From: Squalus acanthias | Taxonomy: Eukaryota | Length of the DNA stretch: 64,000 nucleotides | Reading direction: 5' to 3' | Assembly (NCBI GenBank): GCA_030390025.1 | Contig: CM059432.1 | Span: forward strand, 139,936,001 to 140,000,000 | Part shown: piece after piece, positions 37,069 through 50,002 of the stretch | How positions within the stretch are numbered: the stretch's first letter is position 1 | Layout: every line of letters starts with the position of its first letter | Program-made: the position numbers and the translations under genes | The notes under the pieces: model-generated | Told to the model about the DNA's origin: nothing | What the model saw: the letters and a program-made list of their open reading frames with translations, nothing else | The model's database searches: none

Positions 37069-37143
37069 ATTTGATGCCAGTACCTTACTTGGTAGGTTAT
37101 TCCAAATGTTTATCACCCTTTGACTAGAGAAATAGTTTCTATT

Positions 37144-37886
37144 GGCCCAAAAATTCGGGAGGAAGCCTTCGTGCGAGGGTAAGGCTTCCCCGCGATCTCT
37201 CACTGCGCGTTGGCTTTTTCAGTTCCAGCTCGCACGAACTTGATGTTCTGGACAGCAGCTGTGCTGGGCTTGCGTATCCCACAGGCGCAGTTAATTCGTG
37301 CGAGCTGTGGGATCACGTGACTCAGTTAGAGCCAATGGCAGCACACCATCTTCCATTCATAACTTTCACATAAGTGCTGTGAAAGCTATGAATACTATAG
37401 CCCCCCAAAAGAACAGCTAAACCTCAATTAAATTTTTTTAAAAACCATCACATTAATAAAATAAGTATAGTTAAATAACTTAACCATTTTAAATAAAAAA
37501 TTAAATTTTTGAAAAAATTTAAAATCTTTTAAAAAGTTATAAAAATAAACTTACCTGTCTTTAAAGTCTCTAAAAAAGATATACCTGTTAAAAAAAATTC
37601 AAAATAATACTTAATTCACTACTTACCTTGTTAAAAGTGGGTCTTACTCCTCCTTTTTTTATGTGTAAAATCTTCCATACTTACCTGCGCGTTGAAACCA
37701 CTAAGTGCACTGCATGCGCGCAGCCTGTAGCGCGCACGCGGTTCACCTAGGAACCGCCCCCTTTTCCATTCACCAAGTGCCGGTTTTCAGCGCATGCGCA
37801 GTGCATGCAGAAAACCGGCAATTGGAGACAGAATACGCGAGAGTACACAGTGCGTACTCTCGCGTATCAACACAAATTTTTGGGCC
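37144..37886. mobile_element. Harbinger-like MITE with AT-rich core
   Basis: Perfect TIR GGCCCAAAAATT / AATTTTTGGGCC and sub-terminal hairpins. Confidence 0.8.
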
Positions 37887-37929
37887 AATGTCTATTTTTA
37901 TTTTTCACTGTTTAAAATTTATGTCGTCC

Positions 37930-38420
37930 TGGCTTGATTGGCTTGACTGACCTTAACGTCACAATCTGCGTTCACCTTATCTATGCCATTTAGTCCTTGA
38001 TATACCTCACTGAGATTGTCCCTTATCCTTCTTGTCTCTAGATTGTAGAGCTTACGGCTAGAAATGGACTTAGCCGGTGACGCAAAACGGGCGGTGTCGG
38101 ATCGGCCGCCCGTTTTACGCAGCGGCTGATGTTCGGTTCTATTGACTGCAATGGAACTGACTATCAGGTGCTGTGTATAACGGGCGGACGATCTGATACC
38201 GCCCATTTTGCGCCACCGCCCTCGACAAATTTCTAGGCCTTAAGTTTCTCTAATCTTTCTTCGTAGCTCATCCACTTGGATTAACCTTGTTGCTCTTCTC
38301 TGCGCCCCTTCCAATGCATGCATGTCCCTTTTGAAGGCTCAGGACCAGAATTGCACACAGTATTGTGTGAGTGTGTTATGAAGGATTGGGATAAGCTCGG
38401 TAGAATTATATTCAACTGTT
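37930..38420 (-). mobile_element. Old CR1 fragment split by a MITE
   Basis: KLYNLETRRIRDNLSEVYQGLNGIDKV on the minus strand, continuing beyond 38242. Confidence 0.7.
38055..38239. mobile_element. Palindromic PIF/Harbinger MITE (185 bp)
   Basis: TIR-like ends flanked by TTA on both sides (38052-38054, 38240-38242), the canonical PIF/Harbinger TSD. Confidence 0.88.
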
Positions 38421-38430
38421 CTGACTCTGT

Positions 38431-40066
38431 GGCCGGAATTTTCCGGGGGTGGTGGTGGTCAGTGGGCAGGATCGGCGGCGGGTCATTAGCATCTAGTTGA
38501 CAGACCATTAACAGGCTTTTTTAACTTACCTTTTGACTTTAACTTCATGGCCACGGGAACCACACTGTTCGGGGACCACGGCTGTCAACCTGAGGCGGGA
38601 GTTCAGTGGCCATTGCTCCAGCTGATTACTTGACAGCTTCAAATGTACAGTAAAAGCTCCACCTGACAGATCATCACTTCCCTCAGCCACAAGCTGTTTC
38701 TCAGTCCATTTCCAGCACAGATTCTGCAGGCTTTCCACTTTACACTCTCCATCCACTCTTACCTCATTGGAAGAACTCTCTCACCATTGACAGAATACTT
38801 CTATCATCTCTACTTCACCTGCCATCTATTCCATCAACATGGGTGCCCTTTATACTGTCTCACCTTGGTCCTCAGAATCCGACCACGATCAGCCCCAACA
38901 CCAGCAGCACCAGGAACACCAGCAGCACCAACAACAACACCAACCTTCTCTGCAATCACCTGATGCTGCACAGGACAGAGGGTATCAGCACCCGAGCACA
39001 TTGCTGCCCAGAGGCCAGAGATGGCCTCACCATGGCCAGATTTACTTCACTTGACGCTGTACACCCATATGGCTGCCACATGATGCGCCAGGTTGGCACC
39101 ACCCCACACCAACACCATAAAGCATCCCTACAATGCCCAAGCCATTCCTTTCACACTTATCACCATTATGTGGGGTACCGTTATGTCCCACCATTCACTG
39201 CAACTCACTAAGCCACTTCCAAAGGTGCACACAAATCTGTCCAAGAACGGAAAGTGTTGAAAATAAAGGTTTCAATGTTTGACAGCACATTAACAGAAAC
39301 TTTACATGAACATTGGATAAAACACCCAAGTGGCTACCCTTGTGTGTTGTTAGTTGGTATGATGGCACTAGGATGAGCGGGAGTATGAGGGGTGGCTAGT
39401 GAGATGGGGATGTGATAATGTAGATAGAGAGAGATGGGTGGAGGTGCAAGGTAAGTTGGTGTGAGTAAGGATGTGCAGGTGTAGGATAGGGAAGGCAGAG
39501 TGATGCGGATGTGATGAGAGGCACAGCAGGATGAAGGTGAGTGTGGCTTTGTACTAATGTTTCCTGATCTAATGAGATCATTGAAATGTTTGCACCACTA
39601 CACCCAGGTCCTCCTGATGACCTCCCTCCTGTGCAATGTGCAACCAGGTTGTTTTGGTCTCCTGGGGAGGTGTCTTCTGCCCATTGGAAGGGAAAAGGAC
39701 CTCCCTGTGTGCTGTGACTCCCTCCATAAGCATATAGAGGGAGTCATGGGAGAACCTGGGTGCAGCCGTGCACCTCTGTGCAGTCATTGTCGGTGTTTGC
39801 AGCACTTCAATGCTGTGGAACACTGATAGCACAAACGTCAAAAGAAAGTTGGCCACGGTCCCCTTAAGGAACTGGCTGATGACGTGTCATGAATGACGTC
39901 AACAGACTCGCTTCCTCTAACTGGACCGGGAAACGCGTTGTGCGGGCTTAACAAGCCCTATCAATGGAAAATCATTTTCCAGAGTGGGATGTAGCCAGCA
40001 GTGGGGCCGCGACCCGCCATCGACGTCGCCCACCTCGCACCCGCCGAGGTAAGGAAAATCTCGGCC
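38431..40066. mobile_element. Internally deleted Harbinger transposon (1.64 kb)
   Basis: TIRs GGCCGGAATTTTCC / GGAAAATCTCGGCC; carries a Myb/SANT remnant. Confidence 0.8.
39559..39787 (-). pseudogene. Harbinger Myb/SANT-like gene remnant
   Basis: MTAQRCTAAPRFSHDSLYMLMEGVTAHREVLFPSNGQKTPPQETKTTWLHIAQE, then after a frameshift WCKHFNDLIRSG. Confidence 0.8.
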
Positions 40067-40278
40067 CGTATCTCAGCTAACTATTTTCTGCTTTAATTGC
40101 TTCTCTACATAGTCTTTAACCTGAAAGTGATGAGTCTACTGTCAATCTCAGCTCTCTTTCAAAGGCTCCTTGTGTGAATTCCTTTCCCTTCATTGTGTCC
40201 CTGTGTTGCTCACTCTTTCTTCCAATCTGCAATATGTTGGCATTCTTAAATTTAATTCGCCTTTGCCTGTTCAATTCT

Positions 40279-40728
40279 AACAACAACAACAACAATTTGC
40301 ATTTATACAGCGCCTTTAACATAGTAAAACGTCCCAAGGCGCTTCACAGGAGCGATTATCAAACAAAATTCGACACCGAGCCACATAAGGATGGTCAGAT
40401 GGTCAAAGAGGTAGGTTTTAAGGAGTGTCTTAAAGGAAGAAAGAGAGATGGAGAGACGGAGCGGTTTAGGGAGGCAATTCCAGAGCTTAGGGCCTTGGCA
40501 GCTGAAGGCACGGCCGCCATTGGTGGAGCGATTAAAATCGGGGATGCTCAAGAGGTCAGAATGGAGGAGCACAGAGATATCGGAGGGTTGTGGAGCTGGA
40601 GGAGATTACAGAGATAGGGAGGGGTGAGACCATGGAGGGATTTGAAAACATGAGAATTTTAAAATCGAGGCGTTGCTTAACCGGAAGCCAATGTAGGTTA
40701 GCGAGCACAGGGGTGATGCGTGAACAAG
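40279..40728 (-). mobile_element. L2 3' fragment
   Basis: Antisense of 6780-7254 with an (AAC)n tail. Confidence 0.9.
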
Positions 40729-40913
40729 ATGTAAATGCTGCTGTAAAATGCTAACTGCATCAGTCCCCCTCATCGACATGAAAAACTTCAACCCAAACAA
40801 CACTGTCAGCTCAGAATTTTCATTCACTGGCTAAAACTGTCTAAAACACCATAAAAATACTTTCCACCACTCATGCCTTACAGTCGCTATTTGTAAATTA
40901 GGCTGTGCCTGAT

Positions 40914-41717
40914 TCATAGAATCAGAATCATAGAAAGTTACAGCACGGAAGGAGGCCATTTCGACCCATCGTGTCGTGCGCGGCCAACAAAGAGCTATCC
41001 AGCCTAATCCCACTTCCCAGCTCTTGGTCCGTAGCCCTGCAGGTTAGAGCATCCCAAGTGCACATCCAAGTACTTTTTAAATGTGGTTAGGGTTCCTGCC
41101 TCTACCACCCTTTCAGGCAGTGAGTTCCAGATCCCCACAACCCTCTAGGTGAAGAAATTTCCCTTCAAATCCCCTCTAAATCTTCCACCAATTACTTTAA
41201 ATCTGTGCCCCCTAGTTTTTGACCCCTCTGCTAAGGGAAAAAGGTCCTTTCTATCCACTTTATCTATGCCCCTCATAATTTTATACACCTCAATAAGGTC
41301 TCCCCTCAGCCTCCTCTGTTCCAAGGAAAACAGACCCAGCCTATCCAGTCTTTCCTCATAGCTAAGTTTCTCTACTCCCGGTAACATCCTTGTAAATCTA
41401 CTCTGTACCCTCTCTAGTGCAATCACATCTTTCCTGTAATGTGGTGACCAGAACTGCACGCAGTACTCTAGCTGAGGCCTAACTAGTGTTTTATACAGTT
41501 GAAGCATAACCCCCCTGCTCTTGTATTCTATGCCACGGCTAATAAAGGCAAGCATTCCGTATGCCTTCTTAACCACCTGATCTACCTGGCCTGCTACCTT
41601 CAGGGATCTGTGGACATGCACTCCAAGGTCCCTTTGTTCCTCTACACTACTCAGTGTCCTACCATTTAATGTGTATTCCCTTTCCTTGTTAGACCTCCCC
41701 AAATGCATTACCTCACA
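40914..41717 (-). mobile_element. CR1 LINE 3' fragment
   Basis: ORF 41145-41738 (LYKTLVRPQLEYCVQFWSP) plus tail. Confidence 0.93.
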
Positions 41718-41872
41718 CACAGAGTAAACTCTGGGCATTATAGTTCTGCAGGACCAGTGTGAAGCTACAGCTCCGACAGTGCATCTCTCTCATGTACACA
41801 GCTGTTGGGAATTCCCAGAATCCAGGTGATGTTTTCAGCACGAGCTCCAGGCTCAAGACAGAAGGGCAGGCC

Positions 41873-42318
41873 TACATAAGAAATGGGAGCAGGAGTAGGC
41901 CATTCAGCCCCTCGAGCCTGCTCCACTATTCAATAAGGCCATGGCTGATCTTTTACCTCAACTCCACATTCCCACACTATCCCTTGATTCCCTTAGTGCC
42001 CAAAATTCGATTGAAAATTCCTACAGATGGGTGATGTTTGGGAGATATGACAACCTGAGGTGTGACATATCTGAGGGCACACTTTCAGGTGTGATTCTAA
42101 GATGTGCACTAGATGCAAGACTTTTCATGATCTAGATGGCTTGCCACTGTAATGACTACAAAACTTGAACTACAAGGGAGTCAAGGGATATGGGGAGAGA
42201 GCGGGAAAGTGGTGTTGAGGCCAAGATTGGATCAGCCATGATCTTATTGAATGGCAGAGCAGGCTCGAGGGGCCGATTGGCCGACTACTGCTCCTGTTTC
42301 TTATGTTCTTAGGTTCTT
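41873..42318. mobile_element. Two CR1 3' tails in opposite orientation (41873-42004 minus, 42172-42318 plus)
   Basis: GGAGCAGGAGTAGGCCATTCAGCCCCTCGAGCCTGCTCC and its reverse-complement equivalent. Confidence 0.8.
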
Positions 42319-43189
42319 AAAATGAAATAAGCAAATAATTATGCTAATCCAGCTATGGTTCAAAAAGCAGACATGATACAATAAAAGGATAAGATAGACT
42401 TTTGCACCAAAAAAGACAGTGGCCAGTAACATTGGATACAAGAGCTGAAAGACCCAGAGACACAGGAATACCAGTTGTCACATAGACAGATGTTGGTAAG
42501 ACTGTCCACTGACGAATTGGTTTCTTTTTTCAAATGAACTTTCATCCCTCCTATTATCTTTTCATTTCCTACTCATATCTTTTGGCCTCTGTGAATCACA
42601 CATCATTCCTTAATTGAGAGAATGAGTAGGCGACTTGCTCCCTCCCTGTTGCCAGTGCTGCTCCTAAAATAGCCAGCAGGAGGTGCACAAGAGCAGCTTG
42701 AGGTGACCAGATCACCAAGGCTCTTTCCTTCCATGGGGAAAAAATTGCCGGGCTCTGATTTGCTCCTCTTCTGGCGGCATGCTGGAGATTAGGAACTCAC
42801 CAGGTGGAGAATTGCAAGCATTAAATAGAATTTACAGCACTCTCTGGGTGAAGAAGTCTCTCCTGAATTCCCAATTTATACTCGCATCTACTTTTTCACC
42901 CAAATTAGTGAAGGGTGGAAAATGCACCCCATTGTGCCTTCTTCTGAAAACAACTCCAATTGGTGGTACACTGGCAGGTTTTCCTGTAAATCATAAAATC
43001 TTACAGCACAGAAGGAGGCCATTCGGCCCATCGTGCCTGTGCCAACTCTTAGAAAGAGCTGTCCAATGAGTCCCCAAATTACAAAAAAATTACAAGACAA
43101 GAATAATAAACACAAACATACTTTCCTGTGACTTCAGATGCAGATGGAACTGCAGCCTCTTTGTTGAAACCTGCCTCCGATTCCCAGCA

Positions 43190-43625
43190 TCTCCCACTCC
43201 TGTCAAAAGCTCGTGGGTTCAAATCCGCTCCAGGACTTGAGCACATAATCTCGGCTGGCACTCCAGTGCGGTACTGAGGGAGCGCTGAACTGCCAGATGT
43301 GCCGTGCTTCAGGTGAGACGTTAGCCCGAGGCCCAGTTTGCTCATTCTGGTGACTCAGGTGGATGTTAAAGATCCCTTGGCATTATTTGAAGAAGAGAAG
43401 GGAGTTCCTCAAGAATGAAGGTAACATCCCTCCCTCAACTAACATCAAACCTAAATAGATTAACTAAACATTCATCTCATTGCTGTTTGTGGGATCTTTC
43501 TGCATGCTGTAATGTTTGCCTATGTACCAGTGATTGCACTTCAAAGTAATTCACTGTACATGAAGCTCTTTGGGACTTGTTTTAGAGATGTGAAAAGGCA
43601 CTATCTAACTGCAGTTATTTATCTT
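43190..43625 (+). mobile_element. Old SacSINE1-like DeuSINE
   Basis: B box GGTTCAAATCC at about 43217, with a degenerate body and tail collinear with the other copies. Confidence 0.7.
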
Positions 43626-43682
43626 ATCTGATCAGGCCAAATTATTACAGAAATGAATATAATCTTACCTCATCAATGCTGA

Positions 43683-43983
43683 ACTAATTCTGGCCTCTTG
43701 AGCATTTCTGATTTTAATTGCTCCATCATTGGCGGCCGTGCCTTTAGCTGCCTGGGCCCTAAGCTCTGGAATTCCCTCCCTAAACCTGTCCACCTCTCTA
43801 CCTCTCTCTCCTCCTTTAAGATGCTCCTTAAAACCTACCTCTTTGACCAAGCTTATGGTCATCTGCCCAAATATCTCCTTCTGTGACGCGGTATCAAATT
43901 TTGTCTGATAATCGCTCCTGTGAAGCGCCTTGAGATATTTGACCACATTAAAGGCGCTATAGAAATGTAAGTTGTTGTTGTTG
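43683..43983 (+). mobile_element. L2 3' fragment
   Basis: Matches 6958-7254 with a (TGT)n tail. Confidence 0.9.
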
Positions 43984-44927
43984 CACTAAGAGCACACTGT
44001 TACCATCACCTTGTTACTGAATCTGTTTACGGATCCCTGAGAGTTTAAAAAGGTTAAAACCCTTTCAAAACAAACACTAGGATGCATGGTAGAAGTAGAT
44101 CACTTGCGATTCAAGGATAAGAATTCAGTCAATGACCTGGTTTCACGGTTATTGCGGATCAAAGCAAAGCAGGCTAGTTTCTGGATTCTACATGTAGCAT
44201 TCTATTCATGCCACAGATGAGGTGGCTCTCTGCTCCTGGGGCTTCCACAAACCAATCCTTTAAATTCTCAATGGTTGTTGCTCCCACAGAGGCTGTACCA
44301 GGCAGTGCTGGGTGTCATAGTCAGACTGCCACCGTTGCTATTCAGAATATTTAACCTGAATTAGCTGCCTGAGCATTTCGAATCGTGTTCTCACGGAAGA
44401 AATAGAAGACAGTCCACGCCATAGGTATATTATTGCATTTGGATTAATGCTTGCGGCTAGCTAGGCAGCCAAGTAGATCTACATGCCATTGGATTCGTTC
44501 AACTATTTTCAGGGCCATTTCACTTGCACAATAACCATTTATGAAAATGACAACATCAATTGAAATCACTTACTTCAAACTTTCTTTTTTAAAATAGCAT
44601 CTCATTTGTTTTCCGTTTGGCAAAATTCACGGACAGGATAGTAAGCCAAGATTATGAAGTGGAACAGAAGGCTTTCATGTGTGAAGTGTGGTACCATGTG
44701 ATGAAGGATAAGCTTCAATGGGCCAAGGGCTTCGTCCTGGAGTTTTTTTTTTAATGTTCCATGTGTTCTGCGAAGGGATCCCACCATAAAATCAGAGGGG
44801 TTGTTTTCACTAGGCTTTAAAACCTTACTAATGTCCTTCTAAAATTTTCACATTTTCTTAACAAATAACCGAGCACACGTAAGATTTTTTAACTGTAACG
44901 AGCAGATTCCATGAACATGGAGGGAGT

Positions 44928-45168
44928 TAAAGAAAGAAGGAAAGACTTGCATTTATATAGTGCCTTTCCCGACCACCGGACGTCTCAAAGCGCTTTTGGA
45001 GTGGAGTCACTGTTGTAATGTGGGAAACGCGGCAGCCAATTTGCACACGGCAAGGTCCCACAAACAGCAAGGCGATAATGACCAGATAATCTGTTTTTGT
45101 TATGTTGGCTGAGGGATAAATATTGGCCAGGACACCGGGGATAACTCCCCCGCTCTTCTTCGAAATAG
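44928..45168 (-). mobile_element. SacSINE1-like DeuSINE, 3' half
   Basis: Matches 21312-21575. Confidence 0.8.
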
Positions 45169-46838
45169 AAACATTTAGGTTGAGTGTTTGTACATCGTGC
45201 AGTGCACCGTAGCTGCCACCTCGATCCCTATCTTGGCTCACTGACTTCACTTTGGCTGCTACTAGATGTAGCAACTCGGGTCCCTTTTGCATAATTACAC
45301 ACACACACATGAATCACTCTCCACAATAAGATCCAGATGCTTCAGCCAACAGTAAGATATTGTTTACACACACAAATAGCAGAGCCTCTGTTGCAAAGCT
45401 TCCGCTGCAGACATAGATCCTTTAACAAATTGTTATCACTTATTTATTTTCAAAATCTCTTTTTAACCCTCCTCTGACCCCTTTTCACAGCTTGGGGGTC
45501 AAAATGATCCCGTCTAGCAGGCTGGGACTTCCACAGGACAGCCGACAGGCCTGTACTTGAATGCGGGCACACTACTGGAATACGCTAAGACTGTGTGCCG
45601 AGCTAGCATAGCGCTGTGCGTGCTGTACGACATTTTCCAGTCTTTTATTATTATTGGCCGTTTCATTTTTTAAGGATATATTGTGCTGTGTTGGCTGGTA
45701 TTGCAACCAGGCACATTTCCAAAAAAATAAGACAGCACTAGGAACGCGCTAGCAGTTGGCTGAATGTTTTTGCTGCAGCATGGCGAATAGCTTTATTATT
45801 AGCTTCCAGTGCACAGCCGAGAACAACTTGGCACGTATGCAAGCAAGGAGGAAGAGTAGAGCTTGGACAGGGGAATCAGTCCTAGCTACATATATTTCAT
45901 CTGACAGGTTTTAAACATTTTGGTCGGAAAACAAAATTATTTGGTGCCCTTAACTTTTTGTTAAAAGCGCGAATTTTCACGCAGTGGGAAACGAAAGTCA
46001 GGAAAGATGTAAAATGGGCCGCCAATTCGCTATCGCTCGTTTTACACCAGCGCACAAAATCAAAATGACCCCACAAGTTGCCTGTTTAAAGTAACAAAGC
46101 CTTTATCCTTGCAGCTGGTGGACTGCTGAATCCCGAGAATTGAGCCCGAATTTGCCAAGAAATATTTTGCTGGGTTCAGGATTTCTATCAACTTTAGAAA
46201 AAGAAGCGAGTTCGAAATTTTTGTTGCACCTTCACATTTAATTCTTCATTCAGGCATTCAGTCCGAACACAAGTCAACAGAAGACACCTGCAGACATATA
46301 TTTCACATCACGGTGAACACTGGGTGCTGCTTTCTCCAGCTGAAATTTGGATGAGTGCAGTACGCATTCAAAATTGAATAATTGCAAAAAAATGTTGTGC
46401 TTACATCAGGATTTTGTGTGCCAGTGTTATGCTTGGATTAGGAATTCCATAAAATAGGAGTGAATAGGAAGCAGTTTGCAACTCTGGAATTCTCTGCTTG
46501 GATTGGGCATGTTTTTGTTTGCAGTCGATGCATTGCTTGATTTAAAAATGTGTTTACGTTGGTACCTGGAGTCACTCTGCTACAAGGGATCAGGCTGTAA
46601 CTCAAGTGTAATTCTGAAAGGTATTTGGACGGGGATTATTTATTATTACTTGAGAGAGATGGCAAAAAAATGCTATATAGAAGTACTTGAAAAATGAGAA
46701 TAGAAAGGTAAATGTTGACATTTCATCTGTCTTGTAAATGGTGTCTTCTGAAGCGACAATACTACTGAGAAAAGCTGTTAAATGATGCCAGATAACTCGC
46801 CAAGGCTTCTTCAACAGCACCTCCCAAATGCACGACCT

Positions 46839-49800
46839 TTGTTTTTATTATTCATTCCTGGGATATGTGCGTCGCTGGCAAGGCCAGCATTTATTGCCCA
46901 TCCCTAATTGCCCTTGCACCTTCTTGAACCGCTGCAGTCCGTGTGGTGAAGGTACTCCCACAGTGCTGTTAGGGAGGGAGTTCCAGGATTTTGACCCAGC
47001 GACGATGAAGGAACGCCGATATACTTCCAAGTCAGGATGGTGTGTGACTTGGAGGGGAACTTGGAGGTGGTGGCGTTCCCATGCGCCTGCTGCCCTTGTC
47101 CTTCTAGGTGGTAGAGGTCATGGGTTTGGGAGGTGCTGTCGAAGAAGCCTTGGCGAGTTGCTGCAGTGCATCTTGTAGATGGTACACACTGCAGCCATGG
47201 TGCGCCTGTGGTGGAGGGAGTGAATGTTTAAGGTGGTGGATGGGGTGCCAGTCAAGCGGGCTGCTTTGTCCTGGATGTTGTCGAGCTTCTTGAGTGTTGT
47301 TGGAGCTGCACTCACCCAGGCAAGTGGAGAGTATTCTATCACACTCCTGACTTGTGCCTTGTAGATGATGGAAGGCTTTGGGGAGTCAGGAGGTGAGACA
47401 CTCGCCACAGAATACCCAGCCTCTGACCTGCTCTTGTTGCCACAGTATTTATGTGGCTGGTCCAGTTAAGTTTCTGGTCAATGGTGACCCCTAGGATGTT
47501 GATGTTGGGGGATTCGGCGGTGGTAATGCCGTTGAATGTCAAGGGGTAATGGTTAGACGCTCTCTTGTTGGAGATAGTCATTGGCTGGCACTTGTCTGGC
47601 ACGAATGTTATTTGCCACTTATCAGCCCAAGCCTGAATGTTGTCCAGGGCTTGCTGCATGCGGGCGTGGACTGCTTCATTATCTGAGGAGTTGCAAAAGG
47701 AAATGAACACTGTGCAACCATCAGCGAACATCCCCATTTCTGACCTTATGATGGCGGGAAGGTCATTGATGAAGCAGCTGGAGATGGTTGGGCCTAGGAC
47801 ACTGCCCTGAGGAACTCCAGCAGCGATGTCCTGGGGCTGAGATGATTGGCCTCCAACAACCACAACCATCTTCCTTTGTGCTAGGTAAGACTCCAGCCAG
47901 TGGAGAGTCTTTCCACTAATTCCCATTGACTTCAGTTTTACTAGGGCTCCTTGATGCCACACTCGGTCAAATGCTGCCTTGATGTCAAGGGCAGTCACTC
48001 TCACCTCACCTCTGGAATTCAGCTCCTTTGTCCATGTTTGGACCAAGGCTGTAATGAGGTCTGTAGCCGAGTGGTCCTGGCAGGTCCAAAACTGAGCATC
48101 AATGAGCAGGGTATTGGTGAGTAATTGCCGCTCGACAGCACTGTCGACAACACCTTCCATCACTTTGCTGATGATTGAGAGGAGACTGATGGGGCGGTAA
48201 TTGGCCGGATTGCATTTGTCCTGCTTTTTGTGGACAGGACATACCTGGGCAGTTTTCCACATTGTCGGATAGATGCCAGTGTTGTAGCTGAAACGGAGCA
48301 GCTTAGCTAGAGGCGCGGCTAGTTCTGGAGCACAAGTCTTCAGCACGATAGCCGGGATATTGTCGGGCCCATAGCCTTTGCTGTATCCAGTGCGCGCAGC
48401 CATTTCTTGATGTCATGTGGAGTGAATCGAATTGGCCGAAGACTGGCTTCTGTGATGGTGGGGACCTCAGGAGGAGGCCGAGATGGATCATCCACTCGGC
48501 ACTTCTGGCTGAAGATGGTTGCAAACGCTTCAGCCTTGTCTTTTGCAATAGCGTTCTGGGCTCTGCCATCATTGAGGATGGGGGTAGGACTGCAGACTTT
48601 GATCTGATCCATTGATTGTTTAGCTCTGTCTATAGCATGCTGCTCCGTTGTTTAGCATGGATGTAGTCCTGTGTTGCTGCTTCCCCAGGTTGGCACCTCA
48701 TTTTTAGGTACGCCTGGTGCTGCTCCTGGCATGTTCTTCTACACTCCTCATTGAACTAGGGTTGGTCCCCTGGCTTGATGTTAATTGTAGAATGAGGGAT
48801 ATGCCGGGCCATGAGGTTATAGATTGTGTGGAATACAATTTTGCTGAGGCTGATGGCCCACAGCGCCTCATGGATGACCAGTTTTGAGCTGCTAGATCTA
48901 TTCTGAATCTATCCCATTTAGCACGGTGGTAGTGCCACACAACACGATGGAGGGTGTCCTCAGTGTGAAGATGGGGCTTCGTCTCCACAAGGAGTGTGCA
49001 GTGGTCACTGCTACCAATACTGTCATGGACAGATGCATCTGCGACAGGTAGATTGGTGAGGACGAGGTGAAGTAGGTTTTTCCCCTTGTGTTGGTTCTCT
49101 TACCACCTGCTGCAGGCCCTATCTGGCAGCTATGTCCTTCAGGACTCGGCCAGCAGTGGTGCTACCGAGCCACTCTTGGTGATGGACATTGAAGTCCCCC
49201 ACCCAGAGTACATTCTGTGCCCTTGCTACTCTCAGTGCTTCTTCCAAGTGATGTTCAACATGGAGGAGTACTGATTCATCAGGTGAGGGAGGGCAGTAGG
49301 TGGTAATCAGCAGGAGGTTTCCTTGCCCATGCTTGGCCTGATGCCATGAGATTTCATGGGGTCCAGAGTCAACGTTGATGACTGCCAGGGCCACTCCCTC
49401 CTGACTGTATATCATGGTGGTACAGGACATATCCAGAGATGGTGAGTGAGGAGTTTGGGACATTGGCTGAAATGCATGATTCTCTTAGTATGGCTATGTC
49501 AGGCTGTTGCTTGACTAGTTGGTGGGACAGCTCTCCTAATTTTGGCACAAGTCCCCAGATGTTAGTGAGGAGGACTTTGCAGTGTCGACTGGGCTGGGTG
49601 CGCCATTGTCGTGTCCAAAGTCGGTGCCGAGTTCGAAATTGGGTGCTCCGTCTGGTTTTATTCTTATTATTGTTTCTTGTAGCGGTTTGTTACAACTGAG
49701 TGGCTTGCTGGGCCATTTCAGAGTCAACCACATTACTGTGGGTTTGGAGTCACATATAGGCCAGGCCAGGTAAGGACGATAGATTTCCTTCCCTAAAGGA

Positions 49801-50002
49801 CATTAGTGAACCAGATGGGTTTTTCCGACAATCCGGTAGTTTCATGGTCACTGATATTAGCTTTTTATTCCAGATTTATTTAATTAACTGAATTTTAAAA
49901 TTCTGCAGCAGCCGTGGTGGGATTTGAACTCACACCTCTGGACTATTAGTCCGGGCCTCTGGATTACTAGTCCAGTAACATAACTACTATGCTACCGTTC
50001 CC
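46839..50002 (-). mobile_element. tRNA-headed CR1-group LINE, copy 2 (near full length, decayed)
   Basis: Head GGGAACGGTAGCATAGTAG...GTTCAAATCCC from 50002. APE (WVGDFNVHH) lies in 49119-49463, RT in 47339-48403, and the tail at about 46850. Confidence 0.93.
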
